Assembly (NCBI GenBank): GCA_016176415.1
Contig: JACOXH010000010.1
Span: 4,247 to 68,246 of the forward strand
DNA: 64,000 nt
Direction: 5' to 3'
Source: Candidatus Daviesbacteria bacterium
GTDB lineage: Bacteria; Patescibacteriota; Microgenomatia; Daviesbacterales; UBA10151
Both the position numbers and the translations under genes were made by a program. Positions 1 through 10,028 of the stretch are shown here, piece after piece; the first letter of the stretch is position 1, and each line of letters starts with the position of its first letter. The notes beneath the pieces were generated by a model that worked only from the letters and a program-made list of their open reading frames with translations, was not told where the DNA came from and did no database searches.

Positions 1-572
1 CCGGGCTGAATTTCTTTATTAATAATCAAAAGTTTGCTGACATTACTACCCATTCCGTATGCCTTTTTAGCTCTTTTGTCTTCAAGCGGCAAAACATATT
101 CATAAATTCTTTTAACGCCTTCATCCGTATCTTTGACAATCTTTTGAGCGCCCACTACCCAAATAACTTTTAAAGCACCATAGGCATATGCCCCCAGCTG
201 GCTTCCGGTATTTGAAGCAATCGTTACACTGCCGTTTTCCGTCACTGCATGGACGCTCCCCAAAGCATATTCCGGCGCCCCGCCCAGCCTGTTCATCTCT
301 TTAGCCTGACTTTGGCGGTCCATGGCATAGAGCTTCTCCTTCACCGGTTTAAACCTGCTGTCTTTTTTGTTGATCTCTTCGGATAAACCAATCGTATCCA
401 AAGTAACAGAGCTCATTGTCATTACTTCGCTTCCCTCCGGAATAAGATCCAAAACCATTTTTTTGGCTTCTTCTCCAGTTTTTACAAATTCCGCTTCGAT
501 ACCGTTTTCTTTAAGGGATTTAACTGTCTTACTTACGCGCTTTTTGTCAGCAGGCTCACTCCAACTTTTCAT
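1..572 (-). CDS. LUD-domain (lactate-utilisation B/C-like, DUF162) protein; 3' end lies outside the window
   Basis: Absent from the ORF track because it runs off the left edge. Minus-strand ATG at 570-572. My translation, MKSWSEPADKKRVSKTVKSLKENGIEAEFVKTGEEAKKMVLDLIPEGSEVMTMSS...GSVHAVTENGSVTIASNTGSQLGAYAYGALKVIWVVGAQKIV, stays open to position 1. The pattern resembles LUD/YkgG-like proteins. It starts 1 nt after the upstream peptidase stop. Confidence 0.55.
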   Translation of the reverse strand, partial: MKSWSEPADKKRVSKTVKSLKENGIEAEFVKTGEEAKKMVLDLIPEGSEVMTMSSVTLDTIGLSEEINKKDSRFKPVKEKLYAMDRQSQAKEMNRLGGAPEYALGSVHAVTENGSVTIASNTGSQLGAYAYGALKVIWVVGAQKIVKDTDEGVKRIYEYVLPLEDKRAKKAYGMGSNVSKLLIINKEIQP

Positions 573-573
573 A

Positions 574-1650
574 TCAATATAATACCATTAAATTTTTAGA
601 GCTTTTTGTCAATTGCCTTAATCCTGTCTTTTCCAAAACAAACAAATCCTCTATCCTGATTCCTCCAAAATCAGAAAGGTAAATTCCTGGTTCTATAGAA
701 AACACCATTCCTTCTTTTAAAACTTCTTTGCTCTTTAAAGATAAAGAAGGGTGCTCATGAACTTCTAAACCAATTCCATGCCCTAAAGAATGGGGCAACC
801 CTTGAAATCCTTTTGATTTTATAAATTTATCTGCTATTTTAAAAATCCTGCTCGTTTTTCTTTCTCCGGAATTTACAGCATTTACTACTTTTTGCTGCAC
901 CCCTAAAACTGTTTCATACATTTTTATTTGGTTTTTATCAGGACTACCAAAGAAAACAGTTCTGGTCATATCAGAGCAGTAGTTTTCAAATTTTACTCCA
1001 AAGTCAAAAAGGATAAATTGACTATTTCCATCTAATTTATCGTCACTGGTATGATGATGGGGAATGGCAGAGTTTTTACCAAAAGCCACAATGGTTGGGA
1101 AAGACAAAACAGCACCTTTACTTCTGATGAAATTTTCCAGCTCCCCTGCCAGCTCTTTTTCACTTACTCCTTCTTTTATTTTTTTAACAATATATTTAAA
1201 TGCTAAATCTCCAATATCACAGGCTTTTTCTATTTTTTTAATTTCATCTTCAGTTTTTACACTTCTAAAATTTCCTAAATCTATATGTTTAATTTTTTTA
1301 AAGTGCTTTTTAAAATATTTGTGCTCTGAAATTGTTAAATTATCTTCTTCAACTCCCAAAATTTTTATTTTGTGTTTTTTAAAAAGCTTTTCAGTGGGGT
1401 TACTGTGACTTCTTTCAAAAATTTCCAAGTCGGTAACTTGTGTTTTTACCTCATGAGTGTATCTTGCATCAGTAATAATATAGGCAAAATCATATCCTGC
1501 AAAAATATATGCCTCCCTCTCCTTTTCAGAAAAATTTGGATAACCTGTTAAATAGGTAATATTATCTTTAGAACAAATTAAAACTGCATCCAATCCTTCT
1601 TTTTTTAGCTGCGCTCTAATCCAACCAATCTTATCTTTATTCATGCCCAT
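574..1650 (-). CDS. M24 family Xaa-Pro aminopeptidase/dipeptidase
   Basis: Creatinase-like N-domain plus the M24 metal-ligand pattern (FDFGVKFENYCSDMTRT, HSLGHGIGLEVHEHP, SIEPGIY, RIEDLF). I prefer the internal ATG at 1648-1650 (MGMNKDKIGW...) because the track ORF's first 29 codons overlap the sbcD start region. Confidence 0.85.
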   Translation of the reverse strand: MGMNKDKIGWIRAQLKKEGLDAVLICSKDNITYLTGYPNFSEKEREAYIFAGYDFAYIITDARYTHEVKTQVTDLEIFERSHSNPTEKLFKKHKIKILGVEEDNLTISEHKYFKKHFKKIKHIDLGNFRSVKTEDEIKKIEKACDIGDLAFKYIVKKIKEGVSEKELAGELENFIRSKGAVLSFPTIVAFGKNSAIPHHHTSDDKLDGNSQFILFDFGVKFENYCSDMTRTVFFGSPDKNQIKMYETVLGVQQKVVNAVNSGERKTSRIFKIADKFIKSKGFQGLPHSLGHGIGLEVHEHPSLSLKSKEVLKEGMVFSIEPGIYLSDFGGIRIEDLFVLEKTGLRQLTKSSKNLMVLY

Positions 1651-1685
1651 ATTATACCTGACAAACCTTTGATATAATCGGGCTT

Positions 1686-2870
1686 GTGAAATTATTGCAT
1701 TTTTCCGACATTCATATTGGTATGGAAAATTATGCAAAGCTGGATCCTGAAACTGGACTGTCCACCAGACTGTTAGACTTTTTTTCCACCTTTGATTTTA
1801 TTGTGGATTTGAGCTTAAAAGAGGATGTTGATGCGGTAATATTTGCAGGAGATGCTTATAAAACTCGTGACCCCAACCCAACCCAACAAAGAGGTTTCGG
1901 AGAAAGAGTAGCCAGATTGGCCAAAAAAATACCGGTAATTTTGGTCGTAGGTAATCACGACACTCCTAACGCTGAAGGCAAAGCCAATACTTTGGATATT
2001 TATTCTGCTTTGGAAATTGATAATGTCTGGGTTTCAAGGAAACCTGAATATTTACAAATCCCTACCAAATCAGGCAACCTACAAGTTGTTACTCTCCCCT
2101 GGCTCCACAAAAATGATTACAAAACTATTGCTGAAAAATTAAAACTTTTATATGACAAAATTACTCCCAGTTCTCCTGCCATATTTTTATCACATGCTGA
2201 AATAGAAGGAGCATCATACGGTTCTGAAAAGGGATTGGCTATTGCCAATGATGTAACCATTCCTTTACCTCTTTTACAAGACAAAAGACTTTCTTATGCC
2301 GCGCTGGGACATATTCACAAACACCAGGTTTTATCCAAAGATCCATTGATTGTTTATTCAGGTTCCCCCACCAGAATAGATTTTGGAGAAGAGAAAGAAG
2401 ATAAAGGAGTATGTTTGGTAGAGATAAACAAGATTGCCACTGGTTCTTCGAACCCTCGCAATGACAATTTTATTGCTGGCTTTACATTTATTCCAACTAA
2501 TGCCAGAAAGTTTTTAACTATCACTGTTACTTTAACAGGTGAAGACTCCGAACCCAATCAGACAATTTTGGATGAAATTAAAAAGCATGATTTAAAAGAT
2601 AAAATTGTCCGCCTGATTATTAATATTCCTGCCGCTTGTGATAAAGAAATTCAGATGGATAAAATCAAAAAAGCCCTGTCAGATGCGCATCTGGTTGCAG
2701 GAATTTCCAGAAATGTAGAAAAAGCAGACAGACAAAAAATAGAATTCGGAACAGAGGTAGAAACTTTAACCCCTATTGATGCTTTGAAAAAATACTTTGA
2801 AGCCAAAAAATATACGCCACAAAAACAGAAAGAGCTTGAGGAGTATGCATCCCAATTATTGGATAGCTAA
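1686..2870 (+). CDS. sbcD: Exonuclease SbcCD, nuclease subunit D (Mre11-like)
   Basis: GTG start. Calcineurin-like phosphoesterase motifs are present: HFSDIHIG, GDAYKTRDP, VVGNHDTP, LGHIHKHQ. It lies directly upstream of sbcC. Confidence 0.9.
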   Translation: MKLLHFSDIHIGMENYAKLDPETGLSTRLLDFFSTFDFIVDLSLKEDVDAVIFAGDAYKTRDPNPTQQRGFGERVARLAKKIPVILVVGNHDTPNAEGKANTLDIYSALEIDNVWVSRKPEYLQIPTKSGNLQVVTLPWLHKNDYKTIAEKLKLLYDKITPSSPAIFLSHAEIEGASYGSEKGLAIANDVTIPLPLLQDKRLSYAALGHIHKHQVLSKDPLIVYSGSPTRIDFGEEKEDKGVCLVEINKIATGSSNPRNDNFIAGFTFIPTNARKFLTITVTLTGEDSEPNQTILDEIKKHDLKDKIVRLIINIPAACDKEIQMDKIKKALSDAHLVAGISRNVEKADRQKIEFGTEVETLTPIDALKKYFEAKKYTPQKQKELEEYASQLLDS

Positions 2871-2926
2871 TTGTCATTCCGAGCAGAGCGAGGAATCTCC
2901 CAATTTATTTGGGACAGAAAGAAAAT

Positions 2927-5143
2927 ATGATACCTGTTAAATTAAAACTTTCAAACTTTACTTCTTATGGTGAGAGTGTCCCGGACTTGGATTTTACCAA
3001 ATTTAAGTTAGCAGCTATTTCAGGGTTAAATGGCGCAGGAAAATCATCTTTGCTTGATGCTGTCACCTGGTGCATATGGGGAGCATCCAGAGCAGGCGAT
3101 TCAGCTGATGCCTTAATTCACTTAGGCTCTGATGATATGAGTGTGGAGTTTAATTTTCAGTTGGACGGACATATCTACAGTGTTAAAAGAAGAAGGATCA
3201 AAAAAGGAGGAGGTTCTACAGTTTTGGAATTTTGGAGCAACTCTCATAACTTAACAGAGGGCACTATCAAAACCACACAGGAAAAGATTATATCTACTTT
3301 ACATTTAACTTTTGAAACATTTACCAACTCCTCATATTTAAGGCAGGGACATGCTGATGAATTTACCACCAAAGGACCCACTGACCGCAAGCGAATTCTG
3401 GCAGATATTTTAGGGCTTGATCATTATGACAAGCTGGAAGAGAAAGCCAAAGAAAAAAGCAAAGATTCTCAAAAAAAATTATCTCTTTTGGAATATCAGC
3501 TTTTGGAAATAGAAGCAGAATTATCACAAAAAGAAGAAAGAGAAAAATCTTTGAACTTAGCAGAAGAAGAAAAGAAAAAGGTGGAATCAGAATTAAAAGA
3601 TGTAGAAATCTTAATTAAAAGCATTCAGGAAAAACACGGGCAAATTAATTTACAAGTTAAATCATTAAAAGAAAAAGAGCAACAAATAGAATCAGTCAGA
3701 CAAGAGCTATCTGACATTCAAACTAAAATAGAGTTAAATAAAAAAGCACAGGCAGAGTTTGAGGAAATCTTAAAAGAAAAAACAGCCATTGAGGCAAATT
3801 ATCAAAAACTTTTAGACTTACAAGGATCAAAAAAAAAGCTGGATGAAAAAAGAAGTCAACTTATTAAAGTAAAAGATGAACTGGTAGAAATACAAAAGAC
3901 AATAAATGAACGGGAGAATAAAAGAAAAGACGCTATCTCTAAAGTGGAACTGCAAATCAAACAACTTCAAACCAGAACTGAAACTCTACAAAAACAAAAC
4001 GAAGATTTAAAAGATAAAAAAGATATCTGTCCTACCTGCAGCCAACCAATCAATGAAGAAAAAACTAAAGACATTATCAGCATTAATTCAAAACAAGTAG
4101 AAGAAAATGAAAAAGAAATAAATACCTTTAAAGCCACAATTGCTAAATATTTATCAGTGGTCCTACCTGAAATAAAAGAGGCTGAAGGAAAAGAAAAAGC
4201 GGTAAAAATATTAGAGGAAGAAACTAAAAATTATCTTGATATCTCTGATGCTATTTTCAAATTGGAAAATTTTGCAGATAAATTTACCAAATTACAATCT
4301 GCCATCACCGGAGTGAAAACCCATCAGGATACTTTAGTAGATTTGCAAAAAATTCTAAAAACAAGAGAAGAACAAATAGCCAAAGATGAAATCTCGCTAA
4401 AACAGTTAGCAGTTTACGAAGAAGAGCTGACAAAAGTAAAAAAAGAATTAGAAGGCAAGGAACAAATAAAAAGCGAGCTATCCCAAAAAGCACTGGAACT
4501 AAGCGGTAAAGTAGGAGAGGCAAAACAGCTGGTTTCCAGATCTCAGCAGCTGGAAAATTTATATAAAGAAAAAGGGGCTGAAAAAGAAAAATTTAAAAAA
4601 GAAAGAGAAAACTATGAAGAATTGGCTTTGATTTTTGGCAAAAAAGGCATACAGGCTATGATTATAGAAGCTGCTATTCCTGAAATCGAAGAGGAAACTA
4701 ATAACTTATTAGGGAGACTTTCCGAAGGTAGAATGAAAATTGCACTCGTTACCCAAAAAGAATCAAAGACTAAAATTGCAGGAGAAAGAAGTACCATTGA
4801 AACTTTGGATATTATCATCTCTGATGAAATGGGAGAAAGACCTTACGAATTATATAGTGGAGGAGAGGCTTTCAGGGTTAACTTTGCCATAAGACTTGCA
4901 ATCTCCAAACTACTCACTCACAGGGCTGGGGCAAAGTTACAATTTTTAGTAATAGATGAAGGATTTGGTTCTCAGGATGCTCCGGGGCGCGCCAGATTAG
5001 TAGAGGCTATTGATACTATCAAAGATGATTTTGAAAAGATTTTAATTGTCACACATATTGAAGAACTAAAAGAAGAATTTCCAGTCAGAATTGAAGTTTC
5101 CAAAAATTCTACCGGTTCTACCTTTGAAGTGGTCGGGGCATGA
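2927..5143 (+). CDS. sbcC: Exonuclease SbcCD, ATPase subunit C (Rad50-like)
   Basis: Walker A GLNGAGKSS, a long K/E-rich coiled coil with a CPTC zinc hook, the ABC signature YSGGEAFRVNFAIRLA, Walker B FLVIDEGF and H-loop VTHIEE. The ATG at 2927 is preferred over the track's TTG at 2909, which lies in a repeat element. Confidence 0.9.
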   Translation: MIPVKLKLSNFTSYGESVPDLDFTKFKLAAISGLNGAGKSSLLDAVTWCIWGASRAGDSADALIHLGSDDMSVEFNFQLDGHIYSVKRRRIKKGGGSTVLEFWSNSHNLTEGTIKTTQEKIISTLHLTFETFTNSSYLRQGHADEFTTKGPTDRKRILADILGLDHYDKLEEKAKEKSKDSQKKLSLLEYQLLEIEAELSQKEEREKSLNLAEEEKKKVESELKDVEILIKSIQEKHGQINLQVKSLKEKEQQIESVRQELSDIQTKIELNKKAQAEFEEILKEKTAIEANYQKLLDLQGSKKKLDEKRSQLIKVKDELVEIQKTINERENKRKDAISKVELQIKQLQTRTETLQKQNEDLKDKKDICPTCSQPINEEKTKDIISINSKQVEENEKEINTFKATIAKYLSVVLPEIKEAEGKEKAVKILEEETKNYLDISDAIFKLENFADKFTKLQSAITGVKTHQDTLVDLQKILKTREEQIAKDEISLKQLAVYEEELTKVKKELEGKEQIKSELSQKALELSGKVGEAKQLVSRSQQLENLYKEKGAEKEKFKKERENYEELALIFGKKGIQAMIIEAAIPEIEEETNNLLGRLSEGRMKIALVTQKESKTKIAGERSTIETLDIIISDEMGERPYELYSGGEAFRVNFAIRLAISKLLTHRAGAKLQFLVIDEGFGSQDAPGRARLVEAIDTIKDDFEKILIVTHIEELKEEFPVRIEVSKNSTGSTFEVVGA

Positions 5144-5157
5144 GTTACAATTAATCT

Positions 5158-5535
5158 ATGTCCAAGATAATTTTTAAAATAGTTCCTGTGCTAATCCTTT
5201 GGGGAGTTTTTATTTTGGTAGTTTTAAAAATACCTTACCCTGACAATATAACTTCAGCCAATATTACTCAAGTGTCTGCTTTTTTTATCCCTTTGTTTTT
5301 GGCTTTAACTTTAACTTTTAATTTATTTTTCAAATATATTATTTTTTCAACTATCCTATCTTTGGGAATAATTTTTTTATTAGCTTTAAAGGCTTTAGAC
5401 TCTTTAAATATTGTAACTATTGCTTTAACTGCAGTAGCAATATATTTACTTTTGAGTTATTTTAAAAAAGTAAAAAGAAAAAATTTGACTAAATTGCCAA
5501 AAATTTCTAAACTTACGAGGTTAAGAAAACAATAG
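5158..5535 (+). CDS. Small integral membrane protein, function unknown
   Basis: 125 aa with 3-4 hydrophobic helices and a basic C-terminal tail. It packs tightly between sbcC and metG. Confidence 0.5.
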   Translation: MSKIIFKIVPVLILWGVFILVVLKIPYPDNITSANITQVSAFFIPLFLALTLTFNLFFKYIIFSTILSLGIIFLLALKALDSLNIVTIALTAVAIYLLLSYFKKVKRKNLTKLPKISKLTRLRKQ

Positions 5536-5537
5536 AT

Positions 5538-6944
5538 ATGAAAAATTATTACATTACAACCACTCTTCCTTACGTGAATGCTGAACCACACCTCGGATTT
5601 GCAATGGAAATCGTGCAGGCTGACATTATTGCCCGCTATCATAAACTGCTAGGAGATGAGGTAATTTTTAATACCGGAACTGATGAGCATGGAGTTAAAA
5701 TTTACAGAGCAGCACTTGAACAAAATAAGAAACCTCAGGCGTATGTTGATGAGTATGCTGCCAAGTTTGAGGATTTAAAAAAATATCTTAACCTAAGCTA
5801 CACAAATTTTATAAGAACTACAGACCCGCATCATATTAAAGCAGCACAGGAATTTTGGAAAAGATGCTCTGATAACGGAGATATTTACAAAAAGATGTAC
5901 AAAATAAAATATTGTGTTGGTTGTGAACTGGAAAAGACAGAATCGGAGCTGATAGACGAACGCTGTCCTATTCACCCAAATTTAGAAATTGAAACAATTG
6001 AGGAAGAAAACTACTTTTTTAAATGGTCAAAATACCAACAACCGTTATTGGATTTTTATGAAAAAAATCCTGATTTTGTTTTACCAGATTTCCGTTTTAA
6101 TGAAATAAAGCAATTTGTCAGCAAAGGACTGGAGGATTTCAGCGTTTCCCGTCTAAAGGAAAAGCTGCCCTGGGGTATTCCGGTTCCGGGGGATGAAGAG
6201 CATGTGTATTATGTTTGGTTCGATGCCCTCATCAATTATGTCTCCACTTTGGGTTGGCCGGAGAATGAAGAAAAATTTAAAAGTTTCTGGCCCGGGGTTC
6301 AGGTTGCAGGAAAAGATAATCTCCGCCAGCAAACAGCCATGTGGCAGGCAATGCTGATGTCAGCAGGGCTACCCAACTCAAAACAAATCATTATCCATGG
6401 TTTTGTTACAAATAATGGTCAAAAAATGAGCAAATCTTTAGGTAATGTTATTCATCCTTTTGAATTAGTGAAAAAATACGGCACAGAAGCCACCCGTTTC
6501 ATTATTGCCAGAGAGCTTAATACTTTTGAAGATAGTGATATAACTTTAGAAAGAATACAGGAAAGTTATACAGCAAACCTATCCAATGGTTTGGGGAATT
6601 TAGTAGCCAGAGTAGCAAAACTTTGCGAACAAAATAACATTACTGCTGCTTTGGCAAAAAATGAGTGGTTTATAGAGGTTGAAAAAGCATTAACAGGTTA
6701 TCGTTTTAATGAGGCATTAGGATTTATCTGGACAAAGATTTCTGAAGCAGATAAAAAGGTTAATGAGGAAAAACCCTGGGAATTAGACACTGAAAAAGCA
6801 AAGCCAGTCTTGGAAGATTTGGTAGAAAAAATCCAGGCAATTGCATTCAATCTCCAACCATTTTTACCAGAAACTGCGGAGAAAATTTTGAAACAATTTT
6901 CAGGAAAAATTAAATCAGGTCCTCCTCTTTTCCCAAGAATATGA
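5538..6944 (+). CDS. metG: Methionyl-tRNA synthetase (short form)
   Basis: N-terminus YITTTLPYVNAEPHLGFA (HIGH-type), Zn knuckle CVGCELEK...CPIH, and KMSKSLGN. Confidence 0.92.
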   Translation: MKNYYITTTLPYVNAEPHLGFAMEIVQADIIARYHKLLGDEVIFNTGTDEHGVKIYRAALEQNKKPQAYVDEYAAKFEDLKKYLNLSYTNFIRTTDPHHIKAAQEFWKRCSDNGDIYKKMYKIKYCVGCELEKTESELIDERCPIHPNLEIETIEEENYFFKWSKYQQPLLDFYEKNPDFVLPDFRFNEIKQFVSKGLEDFSVSRLKEKLPWGIPVPGDEEHVYYVWFDALINYVSTLGWPENEEKFKSFWPGVQVAGKDNLRQQTAMWQAMLMSAGLPNSKQIIIHGFVTNNGQKMSKSLGNVIHPFELVKKYGTEATRFIIARELNTFEDSDITLERIQESYTANLSNGLGNLVARVAKLCEQNNITAALAKNEWFIEVEKALTGYRFNEALGFIWTKISEADKKVNEEKPWELDTEKAKPVLEDLVEKIQAIAFNLQPFLPETAEKILKQFSGKIKSGPPLFPRI

Positions 6945-7822
6945 ATCTAGTTGACACCCATGCCCACTTATATTGGGAATCATATAAACCAGATTTTGAT
7001 GAGGTAATTAAAAGAGCAGTTGAAGCGAGGATTTCAACAATTGTTAATATTGGCGTAGATATAGAAACCAGCCAAAAGGCTTTAGATCAAATCCAGAACA
7101 CTAAATGGCCAGAAAGTTTAACAGTTTATTCTTCAATTGGCATCCATCCTCACGAAGCAATTACTTATAGCGATGATCCGGACAGTTTAATTCAAAAAGA
7201 TATGGATAAGCTGGAACAAATTTATAATAGTAATCCTGAAAAAGTAGTAGGAATTGGAGAATGCGGATTAGATTTTTTATTCCATGCAAATGATCTTCAC
7301 CCGGATGCCAATTTGTCGCCCGAGAAAACAAAAGAATTACAAAAAAAACTTTTTCAGGCCCAAATTGATTTGGCAAAAAAATTAGATTTACCCTTAATAG
7401 TTCACTGTCGTGATGACCGCTCAGAAAACCCTCAAAACAGTGAATGTTGGAACGAGGTTTTAGAAATGGTTGAGGATTATCAGACAATTCTTCATTGCTA
7501 CAGCGGACTTGGTCCCACTACTGAAAAAGTATTAAAAAATCCCAACTTAACAGTTTCTCTTGCTGCCAATATTACTTACCCAAAAAATGAATATTTAAGG
7601 GAAGCTGCTAAAATTTTACCCCTTGAAAGAATTCTTCTTGAAACAGACTCCCCATTTTTAGCTCCTCAATCCAAAAGAGGCCAAAGAAATGAGCCATCTG
7701 CAGTTTTAGAAATTGCCCAACTGATTGCTGATTTAAAGGGGATTTCTTTGGAAGCAGTAGCAAATCAAACCACCCAAAACGCTTTGACTATTTTTTCTTT
7801 GCCCCTGTCAAAACAATTTTGA
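6941..7822 (+). CDS. tatD: TatD-family metal-dependent hydrolase/DNase
   Basis: Motifs DTHAHL, GECGLDF, IVHCRD and LLETDSPFLAP. Its start forms an ATGA overlap with the metG stop. Confidence 0.88.
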   Translation: MNLVDTHAHLYWESYKPDFDEVIKRAVEARISTIVNIGVDIETSQKALDQIQNTKWPESLTVYSSIGIHPHEAITYSDDPDSLIQKDMDKLEQIYNSNPEKVVGIGECGLDFLFHANDLHPDANLSPEKTKELQKKLFQAQIDLAKKLDLPLIVHCRDDRSENPQNSECWNEVLEMVEDYQTILHCYSGLGPTTEKVLKNPNLTVSLAANITYPKNEYLREAAKILPLERILLETDSPFLAPQSKRGQRNEPSAVLEIAQLIADLKGISLEAVANQTTQNALTIFSLPLSKQF

Positions 7823-7897
7823 ACTTATTTTAATTGTTTTGACCTTCAATCCGATTTGCTTTCTGAGGCTGAAAAAAGTACACTTAACACTACAACC

Positions 7898-9673
7898 ATG
7901 AGGATTTTATTGGTCTTTTTTATTGGATTTTTATCCTTTTTTTATTTTGCAGAAATTTTAAACAGGATAACCAAAGTTAAACATTACAGCTTTTTTGGCG
8001 CCTTACTTGCTTTAACAGGGCTTTTTGTAGGCTTTTTTGGGCAACCCACATTAGGCAGTGGAATTAATGTGTTGGCTGCCTTTTTTCTGATTGGAACAGG
8101 GTTAGGTTTAATAACTCACCATCTTTTATCCCAACGCTTTGTTTTTTTTCAGTCTTCAGAAAGACAGTTTGCCTTAAAACATGCAGGCAAGCTTGAACGG
8201 CTTTTGGAAATTTTACCTGGCTCTCTAACCTGGCTAGCTTTAACTTCCCCCATCTGGTTATCTTTTACCCTACCTTATGCTGTAGCCTACTTGATTTTAA
8301 TTGCCGATGTTTACTGGCTGCTGACAGCTTTAAGAATTGCTGTACTGATTTTAATAGGTTATAAAAAAATGGAATGGGCAAAAAAACAAGACTGGCAAAC
8401 ACTATTATCTGAAAAATTCCCTAATGCGCAGGATAAATATTACCAGCTGATATTGGTTCCTACCTACAAGGAGGCCCTTTATATCCTCCAGCCCACTTTG
8501 GACGCAATCATCAACTCAAAATACCCCAAAGATAAACTCTTAATTGCGGTAGGCTTTGAAGAACGCGATAACCCGCAAAAGATACACGAAACAAAAGAAT
8601 ATCTGAAAAAAATAGAAAAAAAGATTACAGGAGCCTTTACCACTGTTCACCCCTATGGATTACCGGGTGAGGTAGCAGGACAAGGATCAAATAAAAACTG
8701 GATGATCAGACACATTGTTCCCCAACTGGAAAAAAGAGGGATTAATATTGATGATGTTTTTGTTACCACGCTGGATGCTGATTTTGTCTTAAGTCCTCAA
8801 TTTTTGTCCGGCGCACTCTACAGCTACCTCTCACAACCTAAAACAGAAAGAGACAAAAGAACTTTTACAGGAGTATTTTTATATCACAACAATTACTGGC
8901 AGACCCCTGCTCCAATGAGACTGATGGCTACCGGGACATCTTTATGGCAGATGGCTGAGATGGTAGGGTCTGATAAATACATGAATTATTCCTCTATGTC
9001 TATATCTTTAAAAGCCTTGCTTGATATTGGTGGTTGGATCCCTGATAAAGTCAACGATGATAACGGTTTTTACTGGAAAGCATATTTTCACTTTAACGGT
9101 AACTACAAAGTTATTCCTCATTACTTACCCATCTCTGCTGATGCAGTCCAGGACACAACTTTACTTAAAACTTTTCAAAACCAATATTTACAGATTAAAA
9201 GATGGGCTTACGGCGTGGAACATATTCCTTTTATTGTCAGGCAGTACTTTACCAAAGAAATGGACTTTTGGAATAAAACAGACAGAGTTATTTTTAAAAT
9301 TTGGGGTGATTTAAAATGGGGATTTCTGGCAATTTTTGTCACATTCGGTAGTTTATTCATTCCTTTAGTTAATCCAGACTTCAGGGCTTCAGTAATGTCG
9401 GTTAACTTACCGATTGTCTCTTCGTGGATACTGACAATAACTTTTTTTGGGCTTTTTGCCACTATTTATGTACATGAAAAAACAGCGCCCAAAAGACCCA
9501 AAAACTGGGGAATGTTTAAGAGAATCTGGTCATATATTCAGTGGCTGCTGATACCTTTAATTATAATTACCATCTCATCGCTGCCTGCAATTGATGCCCA
9601 AACTTCTTTGATGTTTGGTAGAAAATTGGAATTTAGGGTAACCAACAAAGCTAGGTTATTAGAAAAAACCTAG
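7898..9673 (+). CDS. Membrane-embedded processive family-2 glycosyltransferase (cellulose/chitin-synthase-like)
   Basis: N- and C-terminal TM bundles flank a GT2 core with TTLDADF and the QxxRW-type motif YLQIKRWAYG. The start is uncertain: ATG at 7898 or the track's TTG at 7856. Confidence 0.7.
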   Translation: MRILLVFFIGFLSFFYFAEILNRITKVKHYSFFGALLALTGLFVGFFGQPTLGSGINVLAAFFLIGTGLGLITHHLLSQRFVFFQSSERQFALKHAGKLERLLEILPGSLTWLALTSPIWLSFTLPYAVAYLILIADVYWLLTALRIAVLILIGYKKMEWAKKQDWQTLLSEKFPNAQDKYYQLILVPTYKEALYILQPTLDAIINSKYPKDKLLIAVGFEERDNPQKIHETKEYLKKIEKKITGAFTTVHPYGLPGEVAGQGSNKNWMIRHIVPQLEKRGINIDDVFVTTLDADFVLSPQFLSGALYSYLSQPKTERDKRTFTGVFLYHNNYWQTPAPMRLMATGTSLWQMAEMVGSDKYMNYSSMSISLKALLDIGGWIPDKVNDDNGFYWKAYFHFNGNYKVIPHYLPISADAVQDTTLLKTFQNQYLQIKRWAYGVEHIPFIVRQYFTKEMDFWNKTDRVIFKIWGDLKWGFLAIFVTFGSLFIPLVNPDFRASVMSVNLPIVSSWILTITFFGLFATIYVHEKTAPKRPKNWGMFKRIWSYIQWLLIPLIIITISSLPAIDAQTSLMFGRKLEFRVTNKARLLEKT

Positions 9674-9700
9674 CTTTGCGAGTACTGGAAAAAAGCTAAT

Positions 9701-10027
9701 ATGTCTAAAGTAAATTTATTGATTAAATTTTCCCCCTTAATCTTGAGCGCTGTAATGGTAGTTTATATTTTGTTTGGTCTAAAATTATTGCCTCCCCGTC
9801 TGCCTTTATTTTATTCCCTTCCCTGGGGAGAAGGGCAATTGGCTACACATTCCCAATTTTTAGTCATTCCTTCAAGCATTATTTTAATTACCCTGCTTAA
9901 TTTAATTCTTTCCTGGCAGCTGCACTCATCACAAACTTTTTTTAAAAAAATCTTAAATATTACATCAATTATTGTCAGCATAATACTAACTACTGCCTTT
10001 ATTAAAATAATTTTAAACTTTATTTAA
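9701..10027 (+). CDS. Small membrane protein, function unknown
   Basis: 108 aa with 3 predicted TM helices, lying between two glycosyltransferase genes. Confidence 0.45.
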   Translation: MSKVNLLIKFSPLILSAVMVVYILFGLKLLPPRLPLFYSLPWGEGQLATHSQFLVIPSSIILITLLNLILSWQLHSSQTFFKKILNITSIIVSIILTTAFIKIILNFI

Positions 10028-10028
10028 A